In this document: positions 48,252 to 57,313 of the stretch, in pieces
Position numbering within the stretch: the stretch's first letter is position 1
Layout: every line of letters starts with the position of its first letter
Source of the DNA: an uncultured Chitinophagaceae bacterium
GTDB lineage: Bacteria > Bacteroidota > Bacteroidia > Chitinophagales > Chitinophagaceae
Assembly: GCA_947085245.1 (NCBI GenBank)
Contig: CAMTVU010000086.1
Coordinates: 9,393 to 73,392 of the forward strand
Direction of reading: 5' to 3'
DNA length: 64,000 nt
Position numbers and translations under genes: made by a program
The notes under the pieces: model-generated
Databases searched by the model: none
Told to the model about the DNA's origin: nothing
Seen by the model: the letters and a program-made list of their open reading frames with translations, nothing else

Positions 48252-49556
48252 ATGTCATCAAATAGTATAAATAAAAGTTGGATGATACTTGCTGTTACAG
48301 CACTTATCCTCTCATCCTGTAAAAAGGATTTCAGTGATCCCAACAGAGCACCAAGTGATAAAATATTAGCATCCGACAGGGGGTTAACCGGCGTAAGTGT
48401 TGGGTTACAAAGGGTTTACTCATTAGGTCGTGCAAGTTCTTTGTATAATGTTGTTTCCACCAATGGATTTGTAACCAAAGAGCTTCGTCTTTTGAACCAG
48501 GGCAATCTGCCCGAGTTTCAGTTAAGTACCGGAGGAACAGCAGTGGATGGTACTAATACCATGCTGACAGGATTATGGACAAGCAGTAATAAAATTATTT
48601 ATGATGCTGATCTTATAATTGATGGTGCGGCAAATTTATCGGATAAAAGTATTGCCAGCGGATTGATTGGTTATGCTTCCATTTTTAAAGCATTATCAAT
48701 CGGGAACATGGCTATGTTTTGGGAACAGGTACCCGCTGGTACTGGAACGAATGTTACATTTATAACAAGAGTCAGTGGTTTTGCAAAAGCAGTTACGGTT
48801 ATTGATAATGCTTTGACTTTTATGGCTGCAAATCCTATCAGTGTTTCATTTGCAGGTAAAATTCCTGCAGGTATTGATATCGTCAATACATTGAATGCAT
48901 TGAAAGCAAGATATTCATTATTCGCCGGCAATTATACGCAGGCATTGGCTGCTGCAAATCTTGTTGATCTTACAAAAAAATCAACCATGAATTTTGAAGC
49001 GGCAAATCCTAATCCTGTTTATGATGTAGCCGGTTCTAATTTTAATGTGTATCAACCTATTGATTCTACAATGGGATTAACAGGCAGTCTGCAACCCGAT
49101 CTTTCGGATAAAAGAGTTCCATTTTATATGGTGTTAAGCGGAGCTTCTGCATCCAGGTTTTTAATGAAAGGTTTTGCAGCTCTTACAACATCTGCTTATC
49201 CTGTTTATTATCCGGGTGAAATAACATTGATCAAAGCTGAATGTTATGCCCGTCAATCTACACCTGATCTTGTAAATGCATTGATTGAGCTGAACAAAAT
49301 TGTAACAAAGAAAGCTGTTAATGACCCACTTGGTATTGGTGCAGATTTGCCTGCAATGATTGGCCCGTTTACTCAAGCCGATTTACTTGATCAGATTTAC
49401 CGTAACAGGTGTATCGAATTATACATGTCGGGGTTGAAGCTGGAAGATATGCGCCGGTTTGGACGGCCTGCTTCAGAACGTACTCGTAATTTCATGCCTT
49501 ATCCTTTCCGTGAAAGAGATAATAACCCGAATACTCCTGCTGATCCTGCAGGATAA
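48252..49556 (+). CDS. SusD/RagB-family nutrient-binding lipoprotein
   Basis: Lipobox LSSC. Position immediately after SusC. TPR-like helical sequence character. Confidence 0.8.
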   Translation: MSSNSINKSWMILAVTALILSSCKKDFSDPNRAPSDKILASDRGLTGVSVGLQRVYSLGRASSLYNVVSTNGFVTKELRLLNQGNLPEFQLSTGGTAVDGTNTMLTGLWTSSNKIIYDADLIIDGAANLSDKSIASGLIGYASIFKALSIGNMAMFWEQVPAGTGTNVTFITRVSGFAKAVTVIDNALTFMAANPISVSFAGKIPAGIDIVNTLNALKARYSLFAGNYTQALAAANLVDLTKKSTMNFEAANPNPVYDVAGSNFNVYQPIDSTMGLTGSLQPDLSDKRVPFYMVLSGASASRFLMKGFAALTTSAYPVYYPGEITLIKAECYARQSTPDLVNALIELNKIVTKKAVNDPLGIGADLPAMIGPFTQADLLDQIYRNRCIELYMSGLKLEDMRRFGRPASERTRNFMPYPFRERDNNPNTPADPAG

Positions 49557-49582
49557 GTTTCTCTTCAGTAGTTTTTTTTATT

Positions 49583-49609
49583 AGCCTGGCTGAAAAGCCG
49601 GGCTTTTTG
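49583..49609 (+). terminator. Rho-independent terminator after the SusCD pair
   Basis: AGCCTGGC-TGAAAA-GCCGGGCT followed by TTTTT. Confidence 0.7.
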
Positions 49610-49684
49610 TTTATAGGGGAATAATATTTTTAAATATGCAAGCAACGCTTTCTATTGCCGGCTTGTCAACACTGTATTAACTGA

Positions 49685-50248
49685 ATGATCAATCAGCGAC
49701 AATTAATTAAAGACTGTTTGCGTGGCAAGCCACAGGCGCAAAAACAATTGTATGATGCGTATGCAGAAACAATGCTGGGCGTTTGCTATCGCTATACCAA
49801 ATCAATGGCTGATGCCGAAGATGTATTGCAGGAATCTTTTGTAAAAGTATTTACACACCTACAGCAGTATAAAGATGAAGGGCAGTTGGGTGGCTGGATC
49901 AGAAAAATTGTTGTGAATACGGCATTGAATTATTTAAAACGTTCCCGTAATTACCAGACAGATCTTGTTTTTAACGATGAAGGCCTTCACCCTGTTTCAA
50001 ATGATAATCCTGAGATGACACTTTCGGTAAAAGAACTGGCCAGCCTTATCAGGCAACTGCCAACCGGTTACCAAACCATTTTTAACCTGTACGCAATTGA
50101 AGGGTATTCGCATGTGGAAATAGGGCAAATGCTGGGCATAAAAGATACCACTTCACGGTCGCAGTATCTAAGGGCAAGAACATTATTGATCAGCTGGATT
50201 GAAAAATTTGAATCTGTACATCCTAAAACCAATAATTATGCACAATAA
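49685..50248 (+). CDS. ECF-type RNA polymerase sigma-70 factor
   Basis: Region 2 (DAEDVLQESFVKVF...GWIRKIVVNTALN) and region 4 (EGYSHVEIGQMLGIKDTTSRSQYLRAR). Confidence 0.88.
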   Translation: MINQRQLIKDCLRGKPQAQKQLYDAYAETMLGVCYRYTKSMADAEDVLQESFVKVFTHLQQYKDEGQLGGWIRKIVVNTALNYLKRSRNYQTDLVFNDEGLHPVSNDNPEMTLSVKELASLIRQLPTGYQTIFNLYAIEGYSHVEIGQMLGIKDTTSRSQYLRARTLLISWIEKFESVHPKTNNYAQ

Positions 50249-51662
50249 TGAATTTGAAAATAGAGTGGGGCATAAGTTGGAGGAATTAAAATTTACTCCA
50301 TCAGATGCTGTGTGGCAAAAAGTGGAAACACAAATCCGGGAACAGAAACACCGCAGAAGGTTTTTGTACTGGTGGTTGCCTGTTGCTGTTTTGTGTGTGG
50401 GAGTTATTGGCTGGTTTATTTATACGTTGCAGGCAAACAGGGATATGCCTGTTGCAAAAACGGGAGCAGAAAAAGAAATGCAATCTTCAGCAATAATAAA
50501 AGATTCTATAAAATTAATAAACCCTGTTGCTGAAAGTAAACCCGAAGTAAAGGAAAGTAATGAGCAGACTGTAAGCAAAAAAGAGGTGCAGCGCCTGCCA
50601 TCTCCTCCAAATGGGAAATTATTTTCTAAGATGAAAACGGATGAACCTGTTAACGCAAGGCAAGTTGTGTATCAGAAAAAAAATAAAACAAAAAAAGACG
50701 CTGAGCAAACAGTTGCTGTTGATGATGAAAAAATAACCGGGCATGTAACTGTTAAACCTGCTGAGGATAAAACGAATGATCAACAGGTTTCAGTTGTTGA
50801 ACCAGTCATTGAAAAGAAGCCGGATACAATTACAGTTGCAGTAAAGGAGATGGTGCATACTGAAGAAAACAAAACAGGATCCACTGACAGTTCTGCAACC
50901 TCACCCAATAAAATAGCTGAGGCAAAGAATGATCTTCCGCAAACAAAAAAGAAGAAAATTGAAGTTGCTCTTATTTTTAAAACAGGAATTTCTGATATGA
51001 GTGACTTTTCTGCGGGATCAATAAATGCTGACAGGCTTTCTGCATCTCCCAATACTTCTGGTCCTGGATTTCCTTTGCAATATGCTCCATCTAAAGTGAA
51101 GCGGGGTGTAAGTTTTACAGCAGGCATACAACTAAAAAAACCACTTACAAAACGATCTGCATTTTCATTGGCGCTTGCCTATTCCTATTATTCATCTTCA
51201 CATAAAACGGGTAACACTGTTGATTCTACGGCACAATTTAGCAGCAGTGTTAGCAATACCGTAGTTAATCGTTTTGAAAGGAGTGGAAGCAATAATACAT
51301 ATTTCAACCGGTACCATTTTATTGAACTTCCGCTCATGTATCATTTACAAATGAACAAACCCGGCAAGCGGCCCGTTCAGTTTAACACAGGTGTTGCTTA
51401 TAGTTACCTCATCAGTTCAAATGCACTTTACTATCACAGTACTACCGGTAATTATTATTACGACCCTAAGTTGTTCAACCGTTCACAGCTGCAATTACGT
51501 TCAGGAATTTCAGTGGGTATGATAAAGAAAATGAACTATCCGTTACAGTTGGGGTTGCAGTACCAATATGGTTTAACCGGGCAATGGAAAAAATCATTGA
51601 ATCTAAATCAACATCTTTCTTTTACAGGAATTCAATTGTTATGGAGGTTGAATAAAAAATAA
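50238..51662 (+). CDS. Anti-sigma-like N-terminus + TM + low-complexity linker + OM beta-barrel-like C-terminal domain
   Basis: The ATG overlaps the sigma gene stop by 11 nt. Single TM (WWLPVAVLCVGVIGWFIY). Lys/Glu/Pro-rich linker. Alternating-strand C-terminus. Confidence 0.6.
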   Translation: MHNNEFENRVGHKLEELKFTPSDAVWQKVETQIREQKHRRRFLYWWLPVAVLCVGVIGWFIYTLQANRDMPVAKTGAEKEMQSSAIIKDSIKLINPVAESKPEVKESNEQTVSKKEVQRLPSPPNGKLFSKMKTDEPVNARQVVYQKKNKTKKDAEQTVAVDDEKITGHVTVKPAEDKTNDQQVSVVEPVIEKKPDTITVAVKEMVHTEENKTGSTDSSATSPNKIAEAKNDLPQTKKKKIEVALIFKTGISDMSDFSAGSINADRLSASPNTSGPGFPLQYAPSKVKRGVSFTAGIQLKKPLTKRSAFSLALAYSYYSSSHKTGNTVDSTAQFSSSVSNTVVNRFERSGSNNTYFNRYHFIELPLMYHLQMNKPGKRPVQFNTGVAYSYLISSNALYYHSTTGNYYYDPKLFNRSQLQLRSGISVGMIKKMNYPLQLGLQYQYGLTGQWKKSLNLNQHLSFTGIQLLWRLNKK

Positions 51663-51673
51663 ATGACTATCCG

Positions 51674-51867
51674 CTATTTGGTTTTATGCTCTACACCAAA
51701 CGTTCCTACGGAACGAACACAATTTAAAACCAAATCAATTTGCATCTACCCACAAGACGTCCCTTCGGGACGACTGATGGGTAGATGTAAATATTCGGGT
51801 TAAAATCGTTCCGTAGGAACGTTTGGTGCATTTACAATTATCAATATTCAGTTGCAAAACCAAATAG
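51674..51867. mobile_element. Palindromic MITE-like element (family A), uninterrupted copy
   Basis: Termini CTATTTGGTTTT...GCAAAACCAAATAG. Internal perfect 22-bp arms CACCAAACGTTCCTACGGAACG / CGTTCCGTAGGAACGTTTGGTG. Central CGTCCCTTCGGGACG hairpin is intact. Confidence 0.75.
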
Positions 51868-51919
51868 CCATTAAAAAAATAATTTCAACAGTGCAACGGT
51901 TCTTCCTTTTCGGGTGTTA

Positions 51920-53200
51920 ATGAATAAAACACTTCTTATGCGATACAAATTGGTTTTCCAAACCTGTTTTATTTCTTTGGCAGTTGCATTGCTTGCAGGT
52001 TGCACAAAAGATACCGTTACTGAAAGCTATACAATTTTTAAACCGGTGTACAAAACAAAAGCTGAAGTAAGGGCTAATGCCAAAAGCGGCCCTGCAGTTG
52101 CTGTTTCAAATCCCGGAAAATTATTTGTAAAAGGAAATTATGTTTTTCTGAATGAGTTGGATAAAGGCGTGCACATCATTGACTTCAGCAATCCATCATT
52201 GCCCCGCAATATTGCATTTGTAAATATACCCGGCTGTATTGATCTTGCTGTAAGAGGCAATTATCTGTATGCTGATTGTTATACTGATCTTGTAACAATT
52301 GACATTACCGATCCGCAGCATGTTGTTGTAAAACAATTCCTGGAAGGGGTGTTTCCGTACAGAATGTACAGCAACGGTTTTGTACTGGATACAAATTTAA
52401 TAATTACCGAGTGGGTTCGTGTTGATACCGTTGTAAAACGCCGCATGGGCGATAATCCTTTTTACAATATCCGTGTTGATTTTTTAGTTTCAGCAAATAT
52501 GAATGCAGGAGGGCCTTCTTCAAATAACATGGGTGTAACAAATGGTATCGGCGGTTCAATGGCAAGGTTCGGGTTAATGGGCGACAGATTATATACAGTG
52601 AGCTGGAATGATTTAAAAGTATTCAATACTTCCAATACTGCAACACCTGCTTATGTAAAAACCATTCAGTTAAACCAGGGAAATATTGAAACCATCTTTC
52701 CCTACAAGGATAAATTGTTTATCGGTTCACAGTCAGGTATGTTTATCTATAATGCTGCAAATGCTGATAATCCTGTTCAACTTTCTCAGTTTGCACATGC
52801 AAGGGCCTGCGATCCTGTTATTGCAGATGATAAGTATGCATACATAACATTGCGTAGCAATAATAGTTGCGCCGGTTTCTTAAATCAGATGGATGTTGTT
52901 GATATTGGCACACTTACTTCTCCCAGTTTAATAAAGTCATATCCACTGTCTGGCCCTTTAGGACTTTCAAAAGATGGCAATCTTTTATTGGTGTGTGATG
53001 GAAAAGAAGGCCTGAAAATATTTGATGCAACAAATGCATTCAACGTTACGTTGCTTAAACAAATTACAGGTATTGAAACCTATGATGTAATTGCATTGAA
53101 TGGTTTAGCCATAACAGTTGCAAAAGACGGTTTATATTTTATTAACTACTCCAACCCTGCAACAGCTTCTGTAGTTGGTAAAGTTTCCATTGTAAAATAA
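51920..53200 (+). CDS. LVIVD-repeat beta-propeller lipoprotein
   Basis: Lipobox LAGC. Repeated ...NYLYADCYTDLVTIDITDP / NYVFLNELDKGVHIIDFSNP LVIVD-type units. Confidence 0.7.
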   Translation: MNKTLLMRYKLVFQTCFISLAVALLAGCTKDTVTESYTIFKPVYKTKAEVRANAKSGPAVAVSNPGKLFVKGNYVFLNELDKGVHIIDFSNPSLPRNIAFVNIPGCIDLAVRGNYLYADCYTDLVTIDITDPQHVVVKQFLEGVFPYRMYSNGFVLDTNLIITEWVRVDTVVKRRMGDNPFYNIRVDFLVSANMNAGGPSSNNMGVTNGIGGSMARFGLMGDRLYTVSWNDLKVFNTSNTATPAYVKTIQLNQGNIETIFPYKDKLFIGSQSGMFIYNAANADNPVQLSQFAHARACDPVIADDKYAYITLRSNNSCAGFLNQMDVVDIGTLTSPSLIKSYPLSGPLGLSKDGNLLLVCDGKEGLKIFDATNAFNVTLLKQITGIETYDVIALNGLAITVAKDGLYFINYSNPATASVVGKVSIVK

Positions 53201-53205
53201 TTTGT

Positions 53206-53787
53206 ATGAAGAACATTTATATGGGTATGATGGCTTTGCTGATTGTTGCAATACTAAATGCCCAACAGTCAAAACAGAAAGGAAATGTTTTCGTTTCGGC
53301 ACAGGCAGCTTTACTCAACGGCGATGATCATGTAAACGGACAAATTTTATTAACCGGTGGTTACCAGCTTAAGGGATGGTTTATTGGCGGCGGTACCGGG
53401 TTTGATTATTATAAATACAGAACGATACCGGCTTTTGCAGATGTGAAAAAATATTTTGGGAAAGGAGACAGACAGTTTTTTATTTATGCAAATGGTGGAA
53501 GTAATATTGCCTGGCCAACTTTGAATCAATACCGGCGTGTTGGCTGGGGTGCAGTGGATGGGCTCAGCCAATTCAAGAACGGAATTTACACAGATGTTGG
53601 TTTTGGTTATACTTTATTCAACAGCAAGAAGCGGGGATTTTTTACAGCGGCCGGTTACAGTACAAAAACATTGAGTGAAACATATAATGAGCAAATCTGG
53701 GGCGGGCCCAATCCTCCCATCATTACCAAGCGTACTTTGGAATACACAATGAACCGTGTAATCATACGGGTTGGTTACAGGTTTTAA
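53206..53787 (+). CDS. Small outer-membrane beta-barrel-like protein
   Basis: Signal peptide. Gly/aromatic alternating strands. C-terminal ...IIRVGYRF. 5 nt after the preceding gene. Confidence 0.55.
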   Translation: MKNIYMGMMALLIVAILNAQQSKQKGNVFVSAQAALLNGDDHVNGQILLTGGYQLKGWFIGGGTGFDYYKYRTIPAFADVKKYFGKGDRQFFIYANGGSNIAWPTLNQYRRVGWGAVDGLSQFKNGIYTDVGFGYTLFNSKKRGFFTAAGYSTKTLSETYNEQIWGGPNPPIITKRTLEYTMNRVIIRVGYRF

Positions 53788-53838
53788 TATCTCTTCACAC
53801 ATAACTATGCAATACACAGTAAAAAAGAGACGATCAGC

Positions 53839-54022
53839 CAATGTCATTAAGGTAAGATTTTTATTACCCCGTTCTTCAGGACGGGGATAAAATCAGCAAA
53901 AAGAAATAGGGCTTTAGCCCAAGGAATTATTTGGCTAAAGCCAATAATGCGAATAAAACTTCTTTATCACCGCCCTGAAGGGCGGTGCAATTAAATTACA
54001 GGGCTTAACTTAATGACATTTG
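53839..54022. mobile_element. MITE-like element (family B), second copy with a different interior
   Basis: TIRs CAATGTCATTAAGGTAAG / CTTAACTTAATGACATTTG nearly identical to those at 19032-19217. The interior is made of other hairpin modules (CCCCGT...ACGGGG, GGGCTTTAGCCC, CACCGCCCTGAAGGGCGGTG). Confidence 0.7.
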
Positions 54023-54036
54023 GCAATCAGCCTCTT

Positions 54037-54996
54037 TTATTTTTGCTGAATAAATTTCAAATTCCGCTTGATGCCTGCAAACTTTGTACGCATCAACGGT
54101 GAGTGTTTGAAAATTTGTTTGAATGTTTCTTCAGTCATTTCTTCCCAGCTTTTTGTGGAAAGATTTAATATTTCGGGAATGGGAGTGAAGCTTATTTCAT
54201 TATTCGGTTTACTGAAACGATTCCACGGGCAAACATCCTGGCATATATCACAGCCAAACATCCAGTTCTCAAATTTCCCATTCATGCTTTCATCAATCAA
54301 CGCATCTTTCAGTTCAATGCTGAAGTAAGAAATACATTTGCTTCCATCAATTATTTTACCCGGAAGAATGGCATCTGTTGGGCAAGTATCAATACATTTT
54401 GTACAACTGCCGCAATAATCTTTTGCAAATGGTGAATCATATTCCAATTCTAAATCGCAAATTAATGTTGCCAGGAAAAAGAAAGAACCGCTTTGTTTGC
54501 TGATGAGGTTGCCGTTCTTACCAATCCAGCCCAGGCCACTTTTTTGTGCCCATGCCCGTTCCAGTACCGGTGCACTATCAACAAAACCTCTTCCATTTAT
54601 TTCGCCGATGTTTTCTTTAATGGATTGAACCAGGAGCTTCAATTTACTGCGGATCACTTCATGATAATCTTTACCGTAAGCATACTTTGAAATTTTTGGA
54701 GCCTCTTCTTTTTGTTTTGCTGATGGATAATAATTCAGCATCAGTGTAATTACACTTTTTGCACCCGGAACAAGTTTTGAAGGATCAACCCGCAACTCAA
54801 AATAATTTTCCATGTATTGCATGGTTCCGTTCATACCCTTGCTGAGCCAGGCTTCCAAACGTTTAGCATCTGCATCTAATTTCTCAGCTTTGGCAATACC
54901 GCAAAACTGAAAGCCAAGTTGCCGTGCTGCCTGTTTAATAAATGCGGTATGTGAAATTGTTTGCTGCAATCTTTTTAAATCAAAACTATTTTTCAT
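54037..54996 (-). CDS. queG: Epoxyqueuosine reductase
   Basis: Two 4Fe-4S motifs ([24 protein letters not shown]) and QueG-like overall blocks. 319 aa. Confidence 0.88.
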   Translation of the reverse strand: MKNSFDLKRLQQTISHTAFIKQAARQLGFQFCGIAKAEKLDADAKRLEAWLSKGMNGTMQYMENYFELRVDPSKLVPGAKSVITLMLNYYPSAKQKEEAPKISKYAYGKDYHEVIRSKLKLLVQSIKENIGEINGRGFVDSAPVLERAWAQKSGLGWIGKNGNLISKQSGSFFFLATLICDLELEYDSPFAKDYCGSCTKCIDTCPTDAILPGKIIDGSKCISYFSIELKDALIDESMNGKFENWMFGCDICQDVCPWNRFSKPNNEISFTPIPEILNLSTKSWEEMTEETFKQIFKHSPLMRTKFAGIKRNLKFIQQK

Positions 54997-55330
54997 TTTC
55001 TACATGCAGGCTGTGCATAATGCGGTGTACTGCGGGTGCAAGGATCAACCCGATATTGGTAATAAAAACAACTCCGCTGAACAGGGCATAAAAAGAAGAA
55101 AACCATTTTCCCGTAACAGATGTGATGGTTACAACAGGCCCCATGCCACTTAAGATCATGGATGCATTGTGCAACGCATCCAGCCAGGGAATATCTGCGG
55201 TATAATGATAACCTAAAATTCCAATCAGCAGGCAAATAAACAGGATGCCGGATGCAAGTAAAATGCTCCATGCTATCCTTTTATAAAATATTTTTGTTGA
55301 TGCAAGGGGTTGCTTCTTATGTTCGTACAT
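54986..55330 (-). CDS. Small 2-TM protein resembling a K+-channel pore module with a non-canonical filter
   Basis: [38 protein letters not shown] parallels W..AL.FS..T.TTVGYGD..P.T..GK.F...Y...G. The stop overlaps the queG start by 11 nt. Confidence 0.45.
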   Translation of the reverse strand: MYEHKKQPLASTKIFYKRIAWSILLASGILFICLLIGILGYHYTADIPWLDALHNASMILSGMGPVVTITSVTGKWFSSFYALFSGVVFITNIGLILAPAVHRIMHSLHVENEK

Positions 55331-55372
55331 AGTTAAAGTTTAAAAGTACTCTCAAAGTAGGAAGAAGAAAGA

Positions 55373-56386
55373 TCATTTGCAAGCAGAGGGAACCTGGCCA
55401 TCCACCGCTGCTTTAAATTGATTGTACAATTCTCTCTTTTGCAGATCCCGTTCTTTTTTTGATAAGAGGATGCAGGCATAACCACGGCAATAATCAATCC
55501 ATACAAAAGGGCTGTTTTGCGAAACACAATTCACCACTGTTCCATCCTTTGTTTCTAACCAGGTACCAAGCCCGTAATTAAAACCGTTCATAAATGGCGG
55601 CGTAAATTTATTCAATGCAGTTCCGGTTTGCAGTTTCAACAGTTCGGCAACGGATGCTTCGCTCAGGATTTGTTTGCCGTTGAACTTTCCTTTGTTGAGG
55701 AGCATGCTTAAAAAATTCATGTATTCCGTTGCTGTAGATTTAGCGCCATCAAACGGACTGATTGCCGAAGTATAATTACTGAATGTTGTAAAACGCATGT
55801 TGAGCGGACGTAATAATTTCTCCTGCATCAAACGATCAAATTTTTTCCTGGTAATTACTTCCAATACTCTTCCTGCAATGTTGGGCCCCATCTGGTTGTA
55901 ATGAAACCACACACCGGGGTTGGTGGCAATGTCCCGTTTCTCCGCATAGAAATTCGCTTCTTCTTCAAGTGTTGTAAAACTTTTCTTCTGAAACAATTTA
56001 CCAGCGCCTGATTTATCGGCTTCAATTCCTGTAGTATGGCTTAAGCAATGGCGGATAGTGATATAGCTCTTCATCCATTTTGGGAAGATGGGTAAGTATT
56101 TACCAACGTTATCATTCAATGATAATTTACCTTCTTCCACCAGCAGCATCACCAGCGCTGCCGTTAACCACTGGCTGCTTTCACCAATGGGCGCCTGTAT
56201 GTTGGGTTTAAAATCACCCAATGTTTTTTGATAAATGATCTTGCCGTTTTTATAAATCATCATTGCCTGTTCATCGCCCAATACTTTTTGATTGTTGAGC
56301 ATGAGCTGTTCCACTTCGCTGAAGTTTTGAGCAAATGATTGCATGAATGAACAACTGAAGAAAAGAAAAAGCAAGACTGGTTTCAT
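55373..56386 (-). CDS. Beta-lactamase-fold (serine hydrolase family) secreted protein, SxxK motif apparently absent
   Basis: Start moved to MKPVLLFLFF. IGESSQWLTAALVMLLVEEGKLSLNDNVGKYLP aligns by eye to the IASVSKTFTA...GKL.LDD.V.KYLP block. Confidence 0.65.
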   Translation of the reverse strand: MKPVLLFLFFSCSFMQSFAQNFSEVEQLMLNNQKVLGDEQAMMIYKNGKIIYQKTLGDFKPNIQAPIGESSQWLTAALVMLLVEEGKLSLNDNVGKYLPIFPKWMKSYITIRHCLSHTTGIEADKSGAGKLFQKKSFTTLEEEANFYAEKRDIATNPGVWFHYNQMGPNIAGRVLEVITRKKFDRLMQEKLLRPLNMRFTTFSNYTSAISPFDGAKSTATEYMNFLSMLLNKGKFNGKQILSEASVAELLKLQTGTALNKFTPPFMNGFNYGLGTWLETKDGTVVNCVSQNSPFVWIDYCRGYACILLSKKERDLQKRELYNQFKAAVDGQVPSACK

Positions 56387-56526
56387 AACTGCTGCGGATA
56401 ATTTGTGAAGCCAAAGATATTTGAAAAGCAGATGCAGTGATGGGTTCAGGAACAGATACATAAATTCTGCCACCTTTGCCGGGGTATTTTTTATTGGCCA
56501 ATGGTTTTTCCATTTGCTGAAACAGT

Positions 56527-57234
56527 TTACCTGACGCCACCATAAGCAGCAAAACAAATATGCTTGTGCAGAATTTCCACGTTTTTAAAGCCAACTTTTT
56601 TCATCAGGTCTAATTGGTAATTCAGTGAACGTGGCGAATCTTCCTTAGCAACATAAGCCAAAACTTTTGCACGGTAGTCTGCGCCACCAATACTTTCTAA
56701 GTAGTCGCTGTATTTTTCCCGGATGTAATTGTTCAATACTTCCGTATCCTGTGTAATTAAATCCGAAATCATGAAACAGCCGCCGGGTTTGAGTAATGAA
56801 TAAATTTTGGCAAACGTATTTTCCCAATCTTCATCATCTCTCAGGTGATGAAGAACAGCGCCTGCGAGGATGATGTCAAAATAATTTTCTTTCAGGGTTA
56901 CTTCCCTGATGTCTCCCTGTATGATATTTACCTGGTTGGTGGTTGCAGTTGAAACCCGTTCCAATGCTTTAGTGAGCATGGGTTTACTTAAATCAACCAA
57001 TGTACAGTTGAGATTGGAAATCTTTGATAACATCATAAGCGAGTAGTTGCCGGCACCGCATCCAATGTCTAATAAGTTTGTTGCATCGGGCTTGATGCGT
57101 TTTGCCGCTTCTGTAATCAACTCTAATGAAAGGGTTGCATCAATGGTAGAAAGCTGGCCTGTGTCAAGATTGGAAAAACGTTCAACATCATGATCAAACC
57201 GTTCACTTATTTCTGTTGTAGTTGATTTAGTCAT
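56527..57234 (-). CDS. Class I SAM-dependent methyltransferase
   Basis: LLDIGCGAGNYS motif I and downstream motifs (ILAGAVLHHL, LKPGGCFMISD). Confidence 0.85.
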   Translation of the reverse strand: MTKSTTTEISERFDHDVERFSNLDTGQLSTIDATLSLELITEAAKRIKPDATNLLDIGCGAGNYSLMMLSKISNLNCTLVDLSKPMLTKALERVSTATTNQVNIIQGDIREVTLKENYFDIILAGAVLHHLRDDEDWENTFAKIYSLLKPGGCFMISDLITQDTEVLNNYIREKYSDYLESIGGADYRAKVLAYVAKEDSPRSLNYQLDLMKKVGFKNVEILHKHICFAAYGGVR

Positions 57235-57313
57235 TGTATGTATTTGTTGCTGTTGTCTGCAACAGGTAAATTACGAGGCAGTTTAAAAATAATGCAGCGA
57301 ATTTCTTTTATAG

